Assembly: GCA_039545335.1 (NCBI GenBank)
Contig: BCIN01000011.1
Span: forward strand, 124,001 to 188,000
Direction: 5' to 3'
Source: Kondoa subrosea
Taxonomy: Eukaryota
Length of the DNA stretch: 64,000 nucleotides
This document shows positions 35,800 through 46,291 of the stretch, piece by piece. The position numbers and the translations under genes were made by a program. Within the stretch, counting starts at the first letter, position 1; each line of letters opens with the position of its first letter. The notes beneath the pieces are model-generated. The model made no database searches and had not been told where the DNA came from. It saw nothing but the letters and a program-made list of their open reading frames with translations.

Positions 35800-36426
35800 G
35801 CAGTCATGTCTTGGTCACACTACCTGAAATGGAGTCACTCAGTATTACGATACTGCTAGACAGCCAGTAAGTTATTGATTTTCGCTTTTGAGCTTATTGT
35901 CCCGGCGTTGCCTGAACTGGCTCGGAAACAGCGACTGATTGTCTTAATTTACAGGATTGACTGTTCAGAAATGCAAAGCATGTCAGAATCATCTCACCGG
36001 AGCACTGGCTTCAGCAGCGAGACTAGATCTGACTAGCAAGTTGAATAAGGCACCTGATTGCCAGACCAGTCCTTTTATCTCTCTCCTTTTCTGTACGATA
36101 CCAGTGTGTTCCGCATTCTGCGCAACTTGTATGTGGTATTAGCCGTACCGGAAAGCGCACTATATGGTTTTCTTGTTTGATTGCCTTCTATACGAGCTTC
36201 ACTCTACTTTCTCGCTCTGTGATATCTCTCATTATGTCTCTTCGATGATCATTCTACTGGCGGGATCACCTTCAATCAGACCGAATCAAGTTCATTCAGA
36301 TCAATTACATTCCGCTTACCATGCTTGATTTGGCGGATTGCTTGCTCGCAGAGCCCTTTCTGTACATCTGCGACGAATCATGAATCATCCCGTCTGTCTG
36401 CTGCTCACTCATTGTGTTTTTTTAAA

Positions 36427-36940
36427 GACTTGCTGCGGTCCAATCCGAAGCGATCTTCTGATCATTCACAAGCTCCAAACGAAGAAACGCCTTTTGTCTT
36501 GTGGGCTTCTCTCTCTCTCTCTCACCATCAAGTTTTATTAATGCAAACGACACCTCTAACAATCATCACAGAGCAAACAGAGCTCTCATCAACATCCCAA
36601 AACTCGCCTGCGTAAGCCATCAATCTGCTATATCTGGCAAACAGCTCACAGCGGTTTCCTCTGCAGCTCCGAATCTACCACAGGTAGCACCTCGCCAAAA
36701 AGTCGACATGCTCCTGAACCAATTCCTCTTTCACCAAACCTTTCATCAGAACAGAGCAAGAAGCGCTCGCGCGACAATTCGACGCACAGTCGTAAAAGTG
36801 GAAATCACAACAACAAGCGGCGTAAATCAAATGACAAGGAAGGAGATATTAAAGAGAAATTGAGCTTGGAAGAGGTGCAGAACAGGAACAAGTTGGCAGC
36901 GGTGCAATTGAAGGCTGAACTTGGATTCGATGCGAGCTAG
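36427..36940 (+). other. Possible 3' exons of an unknown or decayed gene (Ser/Lys-rich tail)
   Basis: Two segments join in frame over a GTAAGC..CAG intron (about 36612-36666) and end ...KAELGFDAS*. I found no clean 5' exons. Confidence 0.3.
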
Positions 36941-37102
36941 ATAGGACTCGGGCCATGACAGCAAGGCTGGACCTTGAGGAGAAGAGAAGGAAAGATGAGG
37001 CAAAGCAAAGAGAAGATAAAGACAATGACTGCATTTGTACATACTTGGATTTTATGCGATTTGTACAATATTTTGCATGCGCTCAAACATGAATGTACTT
37101 TT

Positions 37103-38731
37103 TTACTCGGCAAAGCATCGGTATGTCTGCATACCTTCTTTCGATGCTGTCGTAGGTATCAATTAGGCAATTCAGTACATAGAAAGGAATAGACTTACCA
37201 ACAATCTTCAGCTCTTGACCAGCCAAGATCAAGCACACCACACCAGCTTTTGCTTCAATAGTCACATCTCCAGCTTTGATCGTCCCACTTCCGCTTTCGA
37301 CGAGAATCACAGAAGGTCCTTGAATTCCACCATGAACTTCTTCTCGCATAGCAGGAATTTGAGATCGAATGAGGTCAAACTCATTGAAAGGTGTATCGTA
37401 ACGTGTCGAATATTGAGCACTACCTCGAGTGAAAGGTTCAGTTTTGACGAAATACTTTGAAGCTGGATGATCAGTTGGACAGAGAACAGCTTTGTTGAAT
37501 GTGTCTAGTGTGTCTTGATCGATTTCTTGGAAGGCCGAATTCAAGACGTTGTCGCTATTGGCCATACATTCGATGCAGTCCTGTAAGCAACAATTAAATT
37601 AATCTAAGGGCAGAATGCGCATCCTGAATCGACTTACGCCTCTGAACCAGGCGTGAATACCGTCAGCAGGGACGTACTACGATATATCAGATGGTTTTCA
37701 ACGAGGATAAGGTAGACTTACAATGCATTCGCCAGGTTGAAGCTTGTATAGATTCATGAAGAAAGTGCAGATGAAAGCTCCAGCATCACCTTCATAATCC
37801 TGTGATGATTGTTTGTACTGCATCAGTGATGCGACTGAAGCGACATAACCACCCTCACATCATTGAGCATCACGAAAACTTCAGCCAAACCTTTGTCTTC
37901 TCCATCCTCAGCACCAATAGCTTTATCTCCTTGCTCTTTACATCGCTTTGCCAATTTCTTGACCAATTCGCTCATCTTGTCTTTCTCATCTTTCCCTCTC
38001 TGCAGAACAGTCTTTACCGCTTCCCTCAATTTCTCTTCACTTTCTTCACCTTCTAAGAATTGTTTCGCACTTGAACCTAAAGCTTCTTTCAATTCTTCAA
38101 CTTTCTCCACGGATTGTCTAATAACTTTCATTCTTCTAAAAGAAGCGAAAGCCCAAAATTCAGATAAAGCTAAACCGATTTCAGGTTTATGATTATCATC
38201 AGGTAAATCTTCAGGATTTTCTTTATGTAATTGTTCGGCTAATTTTTTATCTGGATGAATTTGTAATGGCAGAGCTTTCCCAGCACAAAGCGTTTTGAAT
38301 AAGAATGGTAATTGACCTTTTTGTCGAGCGGTTTCCGTTAATCGATTCAAAGCTTTTCCGTAAATCTTTTCAGGGCAGGAAAGAATTAGTTCGTGTAAAG
38401 GTTGAGGACCAGATGGGAGTAGAGCAGTAGAAGGACCGTTTGGATGAGCAGATCTTATAGCAGCATTACATATTCAGTCATCTGTTCTAAAGGGGAAAGA
38501 GATTGGACTGACCCCATCCATAATTCAGCATAAGGTTGTTTCATATCCTGCTTGAACTTGTTCTCAGGCGTAGCGGATGCATAATGAGCAACTCGAGCAG
38601 TTTCGCCAGATGTACCCCATGGATCTTACTCACTGGATCAGTTGATTATTCGGACGTACGCAAGAGAACTTGGACGCACATTCTTGGACTTTGCAGGATA
38701 AGCGAAAGATAGCTGGGACTTCTGATGACAT
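37103..38731 (-). CDS. Mannose-6-phosphate isomerase type I-like (divergent)
   Basis: CKVQEYPWG, PYAELWMG.AHPNGPS, LPFLFKTLCAGKALPLQIHPDK, DDNHKPEIGLAL, IHAW, IECMANSDNVLNSAF. Confidence 0.9.
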
Positions 38732-39330
38732 TCCCTTTGAGATCTCGGAGTAAAGATGGGGACTAGCTTAAAGCAGTCTCGGAATTCTGGATATACAGGT
38801 ATTGTGTAGCTTTGATGATACTGCTCGAGAGTGCAAAGGTATATACGTTCGTGGTGTGAGAGTAAGAAGCGAAACGTAAGCAATGATCGTCATTCGGATG
38901 CAAAGTCAAGGAACGCGATCTGCTTGGGCTTTGAGCAGTAGAGTTGCTCGTTGAGAGACCTGCTGAGGCATTCAGACTGCCCGCTGTTGTATCCAGAGGC
39001 TGCAGGAGCAAAGAGACAAAACTCTCGACACACCGCAAATAACACGAGAACAAGCCGTCTGCTGCTCAGCCAGTCCTTATAGAACCTGGAGCACAAACTA
39101 ACGGTGACAGTAACTGATAAACCTTGCGACATTTTCCATATGTTTGATTCCAAGATCCTGCATGACTCGACGCTGCAAGCACTCTAAGCCCAATACAGCA
39201 CTGTAGAGCTGTCTGCACGTTCGTGGTAATCCATATCAGCGCAATCGCGAGTCCAAATAGCTGTTCCTCGACAAGCTTCCTACTTTCCAAAATTTCTCTT
39301 TCGACTCTCGCGACCTGCATCAACCAGTTT

Positions 39331-41576
39331 ATGCTCAGGCGCTCTTTATTGAGACCTGTTTATTACATACCACGTACCTCTTCACTATATCCCTTGACTA
39401 GAAATATCATGTCTTCTACACCAGTTGCTGCTAATGCAGATGCACCCGCTGGACCTAGTAAAGGAGAACTGAAGCGAATGGCTAAAGAAGCAGAGAAGGA
39501 AAAGAGAAGGATAGAAAGGGAAGCTAAAGAAGCTGAAGCTAGAGCTGCGAGGGAAGCGGCTGATGTTGTGCGTTTGAACATTTGGCTTTCATTCATTTCA
39601 AGTGAATGCATACAAATTATCGACGCACAGGATTTCGCTACTCAAAACTATGGTAAACTACCAATGCACCAATCGCAAGAGAAGACCAGTAAGTCTTAAC
39701 CTTGCTTTAACAACTGGGTTTATGCTGAAATGACATCCAGACAGGAAATGGACTCAAATCTCTACAATCAATGCCTCCTCAGCAGGGGAAACTGTCTTCT
39801 TCCGTGCTCGAGTACACAATCTACGTTCCCAATCTGCAAAAATGGCCTTTTTCGAATTCCGTCAAAGAACAACAACGATTCAAGCTTTGCTTTCTGTTGA
39901 AGCTGAGAAAGTTAGCAAACAAATGGTCAAATGGGCTAGCACGCTACCGAGAGAAAGTTTGGTATTGGTTGAGGGTATTGCTCAGAAAGCTCCGGAACCC
40001 ATCAAGAGTACCACAGTTCAAGATGCTGAAATCAAGATTGTCAAGGTCAGAGGAGGGAGCGGTCGTCAGCTTTTAGCTGATTTTTTACTTTCCCGTCTGA
40101 CAGATTCACCTGTCTTCGGAAGTGACAGCTGATCTGCCTTTCGTACTGGAAGATGCATCAAGACCTGAATCTGATTTCCAAAAGGTAGGAGTAGTTGCTG
40201 CTTTGCATGATGATAGCTAAGCATGGCTTATCGTCTACAGGAAGATTCTCAATTTGTTCGAGTCGAGCTGAACACGCGATTAGGCGCACGCTCTTTCGAT
40301 TTACGAGTTAGTCAGATCCTTCATTGATTCGAATATGACTCAAAGTACGGGCCCAGACACCAACCAATCAAGCCATCTTCCGCCTAACTTCAGCAGTAGG
40401 CACTCTTTTCCGCAACTACCTCGATTCCCTCAACTTCATTGAAATCCATTCCCCGAAACTTCAAGGTGCCGCCACAGAATCAGGAGCTTCAGTTTTCAAA
40501 GTCGATTATTTCAAACGACCTGCTTTCTTAGCTCAATCACCTCAATTAGCAAAACAAATGTGTATTGCAGCAGATATGGAAAGAGTTTATGAAATTGGAC
40601 CTGTTTTCAGAGCAGAAGATTCAAACACTCATAGACATATGACTGAATTCACTGGATTGGATTTGGAATTGCAGATCGAAGAACATTATCATGAAGCTAT
40701 GTTTGTTCTTGATGGAATGTTGAAATCTATCTTCAAGGGTTTGCAAGAAAAATATGGGAAAGAGATTGAGAGTGTAAAGAAACAATTCCCTAGTGAGGAT
40801 TTCAAGTGGAGGGAGGAAACGGTCGTGCTGCAATTCCCGGAAGCTGTCAAGATGTTGAGGGAAGCAGGAAGAGAAGTGGAAGATTACGAAGACTTTGAGT
40901 GCGTGAAAGATGTTTCGCTTCAGCTTATGTCTGATACGTCTTCGTCTTCACGTACAGTACACCAACAGAACGCTTCCTTGGTCAACTAGTCAAAGACAAA
41001 TACGATACTGATTACTATATCCTGGATAAATTCCCTTCTGCCGTTCGACCATTCTACACAATGCCTGATCCAGCTGATCCAGTGAGTGACGGCTAGCGTC
41101 TTCTGACTATTGTAGTCTGAAAGTACCTGCTCGCTTCACAGAAACTCTCAAACTCTTATGATTTCTTCATGCGAGGCGAAGAGATCCTCTCAGGAGCTCA
41201 ACGAGTACATCATGCACCACTACTAGAAAAGAACATGCGATCAGTAGGTATTGATCCCGATGCGCCTGGTATGAAAGAATACGTCGATGGTTTCAGATGG
41301 GGTTGTCCTCCTCATGCTGGTGGAGGAATAGGTTCGTTAAGGAGTTCTCGCTTTCAGTCAAGAACTGATGGCAAGCCTCTTGGTTGAACAGGTCTAGAGC
41401 GAGTAGTCATGCTTTTCCTCAAACTCGGCAACATTCGATGGGCTTCGCTTTTCCCTCGTGATCCCAGAAGTTTCCCTGCATTTGGAAAATCAGCAACAGA
41501 AGTAGTCAGTGCGACTATTGCGAAAGAAGGAGCTGTTCCGGCAACAGCGGAAGGAGCAGCACAAGGGAGTCAATAG
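39331..41576 (+). CDS. DPS1: Aspartyl-tRNA synthetase, eukaryotic cytosolic type, with N-terminal presequence-like extension (second ATG at 39409)
   Basis: FRARVHN (OB fold), [78 protein letters not shown]. Confidence 0.93.
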
Positions 41577-41711
41577 ATACTAAAGACATAGATATGCAAA
41601 ATAGAGCAAGGAAATGCACAACTCGACAGTGTGGCATGACAGATATGGCTCGAGTTGTGTCTTTCGCAATGCAAGCAATGTGTACATTTCGCCCTATCAT
41701 CCCTTTATCAA

Positions 41712-42376
41712 TTAGTGCGCTGTAAAACGAGACGCAGTAGGAATCAGCATATTTTGAATGTCGTCTTGTCATCCGCCTTACCTTCAGGTGTCTTTGCGAT
41801 ATAGTCAATAGCTTCCGCAACAGAGGTGATTTTGCTATGAAGCAAATGTTCAGCAAATCAAAACGACACTGCTTAGCTTCTACTCACTCTGCATCCTCAT
41901 CTGAGATCTCTACAGCGAACTCTTCTTCAATAGCCATACTGTGCAACAGGCAGTTCCTTAGCTAAGAATAAGCTGTAGACATAACCTGTACGCACACTAC
42001 TTCAACAGCATCTAGGCTGTCCAATCCAAGGTCGGTAGTGAAAGAAGCAGATGAAGTAACCTATTCACCGCAGCAATAACAACATCTTTAGCCATCCAGG
42101 ATTATTTGGATGGATTAAAATGCTGACTTTGGCAGGATCGACCTTTTCGAAAGTCCTCAATACATCCGTTACTCTTTCTTGTATTTGATCTTTGCTCAGT
42201 CCAGCTCCAGCGGCGTAGAACCTAAAATGGGGCACACTCTATTGGTAATGCGCCGAATTATTGAGATTCGTTTGGACAAACCTTTGGGATTGCTGCAAGA
42301 AAGCAGAAGCTGGGCGATAGAGAGCTGCTGGCGCAGGTCTTGCTACTGTGCGGGCTAGAAGTCGAAGAGCGGACAT
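41712..42376 (-). CDS. ACP1: Mitochondrial acyl carrier protein
   Basis: Arg-rich presequence [63 protein letters not shown] (phosphopantetheine DSL motif). Confidence 0.95.
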
Positions 42377-42525
42377 GTTTGATGGTTCGAAACAACGGGC
42401 AATCCCAAGTTGTGAAGTATGGAGCGCGATCAACACGCTATCATTCAGATACTGCTAGTACATATTCCTAATACCCTGGACGTCCCGCGTCTCTTGCTTG
42501 CCTTCCGATCCAGCGAATACGGCCT

Positions 42526-44087
42526 TTAAAGTTGAACATTCCCGCTGACCAGTGAAGACAGGTCAATAACATGCTTCAACGGGAAGGAAGTCCTTACTCA
42601 AAGTATTTGAAGTGATCTGCACCTTCTGGGCCATAGACATTTCCAGCTGGGTTGTACTGGAGTAATCTCAGCTTAGCTAAAACACGATTGAGGTCAGGCA
42701 TGCGACATACAATGCACGAATAGAAAGGAGCAGGACCGTTCTGGAGTCCACCTTCGCACTTGGAGACAGCACAGCCGATTTCTGTGGTAGCTTTCCAAAC
42801 TACCAGGACGCATTTCAGTATGGCTGAAATGACTACTAAGCAGATGGACAAACCAATCTGAGTCCAGTGAGAGTAGACCTGGAGTGAATGAGTACTTGGA
42901 GCAGCATATACATTGGAGCCTTACTGGATCTTTGGGGTTATAGTCAGGTGATTCGCTTGCCCAGCCTTCAAAAGCAGCAGAGAGACTCTGGTAGCCGGCA
43001 GCCTGACAGTCATATCAGATCCATCCGGGACTCTCGTCGATTGAGAGAGCTTACAATGTTCTCGCCTGAAAAAGCAATGAGATACAAGCTTCAGTCGCCA
43101 GAGAACTATCAAGAACTCACCTGACCCAGTACTTTGACCTCCACCATGTTCATATACACACCTATCAGTCTAAAGAAGGATGAGCGCGAATACGGAAGGC
43201 TCAAAAGAAAGCCTTACCCATTCTTGAGCAGCTGTCGCTAACTTTTCAGACCAAGTAACAGGGTTTGCACCATGTAAAGCTCTTTCTGCATCATGAACAG
43301 CAACAGCTTCCATTGCTAAACTGCTTAGAGTGGGTTTGGTTTGAGTAGGCTTAGGTGTTGAAACAGGTTGTGGAACAATAACAGTAGCAGCCTGAGATGT
43401 TTCGAAATGAGCACTGAAAGATGCTTCGAGATGAACCCGAGTAGCTGAAGATTGAGGCTTTACATCTTCTGCTGGTTGTTGTGGAGCTGCAAAAACTGGT
43501 TTGGACGAAGGAGATGGTCGGGCCGCAACAGGAGAAGGCATATCAACTGGCAAGATTGGCATATCAATTGGCAAGATTGACATTTCCGGCGGAGCTGATG
43601 CGTCTGCTTGAGGAGGAGATGGTGCATCTTCTTGAGGAATAGGTGGACGAGGAGCAGTAGACTCATCACCTTCAGGAGTCGCTGGACGAGGACGAGGTCG
43701 CATAGGTCTAGAAGAGTTGTTTCCTTTTGCTTTGTCGTGCCAATAGTGCGGTCTGTGTTGACCTGCACTATTCTTCAGATGTGCCTTTGTATAACGGAGA
43801 GAGAAATGCCTACCCTCGTAAAACTTGCGAAAGTCAGTCCTTGAGTCTGCTTGATTCTCTCTGTGCGAGCCTCGATTTCCACCGCCTTGATGAAATTGAC
43901 GGAATCTTTGCATTTGTTCAACTTTGTTGCCAGTCTTGTCGCATGGCTTTTGGTCTGCCGCCTGGGCAAAGACAGAAGCAGAGAGTAGGAGTACAGAGCT
44001 GTAGTGCCAAAAAAAAAAAACGTGGTCAGAGCGGGAGTAATCGAGGCTGTGCGATGCTAATTACCTTAGAAACTGCAAAGTGAGCAT
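42526..44087 (-). CDS. Secreted CAP/PR-1 protein with a long basic and Pro-rich N-terminal region
   Basis: Signal peptide MLTLQFLSSVLLLSASVFA; HDAERALHGANPVTWSEKLATAAQEW, GENIAAGY, SHWTQIVWKATTEIGCA, YNPAGNV. Confidence 0.9.
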
Positions 44088-44710
44088 TTTTTATGTTGTT
44101 GGGAACTGGCCAGCAGTATGATACGTTGTGAGAAATGACAGGAAGTGGATGATGGTCGAACGAGAGCAAGAGGATAGACTTCGCGGCAGGAGAAGGTTCG
44201 AGCGTTGCCTTGACGACGGCATGCGGAGATGAAACAGATCAAAATCTTGTCACACCGCGATGCGCGACTTGCCAGAGTTGTTGCAATCGATGTACACAGG
44301 AGTATTTGCCCAGCGAAAGAATGCTTGCCAAGATGAAAGATTTGAAGTGAAGCAATCGTGGTTGTGTTATGGAGACAGGAAGAACGGTAGAGACAAATAG
44401 AGTGTTACCTTGAGAGTACTCGTTATGTGTATTGAATACCAACTCAACGGCAGAACGAGGCAGCAACGGGGCGGCTGTCACAAGCTGTGTGTGATATCGA
44501 GATTATCAGAGGAAATCAAGTCCGTTCGATACTGCAGATAAGGAAGTAGAAGAAAAGTAAATAGAGCAAGCAAGAAGCCTTCGATGGCTCGTGCAGGGCC
44601 ATTTTCCTCAAGTCAAGGCTCAATTTTGAAGTCTCAGTCACAAAGCGCGCTGTGAAAGAGAATGACAGCCTTCGTGAGATGGTTGCCTGAGCTCCTGAGA
44701 AGAGCACACG

Positions 44711-46217
44711 ATGCAACGTTTGAGATGCTCGTAGGCAGACAACGGCCAAAGTTATTTAGTTTTCTGGCTTATCAGGCATCTGCCATCGAAAGCAGTCAAT
44801 ATTGGACCTCATGGAATGTCAATACACATCTTGGGAGGTCAGTAACCTTTCTAGATGTAAAGACCAGGCTACATTCCTCGAGCAACAGCCGGAGCTCTTG
44901 GTGGATTACTTGCATCACAAATTCGATCGACTCAGCCGCAAGCGAGAATCAGGTTGCTGCTGCGAAGCGGGCATTTCACAAGAGACTGGATCGCAAACAG
45001 CTGGGATCAATTTGCTCACACGCAAGGATATGGGGAGGCGATCGAGACGGACAGCAATCAAGTCGCTTTCCAGCTGGACAGAGGCACAGGAGAGGAAGAT
45101 CTGCAAATCTGCAAGCCTTTCGAGGTCGAATGGATCTCTTCGCTCGCGGCGGGATCTCGCATTAAGGCAGAGCAACGCAAGACAAAGCGAAAGATTACCT
45201 TGCAATCTTCTGCTCAACCTATTTCTACTCTTTTCGTTACTACAAAGGCCGCAGCTGTTGTACCAGCCTTGCAACTGTTGCGTCAGCGAATCACATCGGA
45301 ATCAACCATCGTTCTGCTGTCAGACGGAATGGGCATCTTGGACGAAGTCGTTGACAATTTCTTCTCCATACCAAATACCAGGCCTTCTTTCATCCTTGGT
45401 CTCGCTAACCAATCCGTCTCTCGAACGTTTGCAGCAAAAGCATTACCTCGAATCTCATGGCATGGAGTGCCAAACGAATCTCTCTCCTTCGGCGTCATTC
45501 CATCTCGACAAGTCAATAGCACACTCTCTTCCATCTTTCCTTCTGCTTCCGCTCACCCTTTACTCAATCCACAATCAGAAACCATCCCATCTCTACAAGA
45601 ACATCTTCCCTACACTTCCGCAACCCATTCTCTACACAGAAGCATCTCAACATTACAAGTCTGTACCAATCTGAACCCTAAATGGCTTTCTCTTCCAGCT
45701 TTCCAAACTCAGCAATTACAAAGATTAGTTTCAAACAGCATCATTAACCCTTTATCAGCTTTATCCGATTCAACGTATGGTCAATTGTACGGATCGACCT
45801 ATTTCAATTCAATGGCTAAAATTCTTTGTCAAGAAGCTTCCAATGCGTTCTATAAACAGCAATACCCTGATATTACTCAACTTAGGAATGGGTTTGAAGA
45901 TTCTCATCCGCTCTCGAGCAAGAGTTTGTACAAGTATACTTTGGATTGTTTGAGAACGAGTCCGAGCCGCGTGAGCAGTACTTTGTCCGATATTCGTAAC
46001 AAGGCGGAGAAGACGGAAATGTGCGCTTTATATTTTCTTTGCTACGATGTTTTTGCTGACCAGTGTCGATAGCGACTACTTGAATGGATATATTGGTAGA
46101 TTGGGTCAACATCTGGGTGTAGCTACACCAACGCACGATATGATGATTCCGCTCATCAATATGAGACTAGAGCAAGCTAGAATAACAACAAAATCTTCTG
46201 CACAAAGGCATTTCTAA
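44711..46217 (+). CDS. Ketopantoate reductase (PanE/ApbA family); start uncertain (44711 or 44816)
   Basis: IHILGAGALGGLLA (Rossmann), LFVTTKAAAVVPAL, STIVLLSDGMG, LVSNSIINPLSAL, SSTLSDI...KTEIDYLNGYI. Confidence 0.82.
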
Positions 46218-46291
46218 ATGATGGGGCATAGCATACAGAAGTAGTTGTACACGTATAAGAAATACAAAGGGTTGTTTCGTTGGTAGACGAC

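Noticed and set aside
44802..45674. 290-aa ORF overlapping ketopantoate reductase in another frame
   Set aside because: Shadow frame with a non-ATG start and no motifs.
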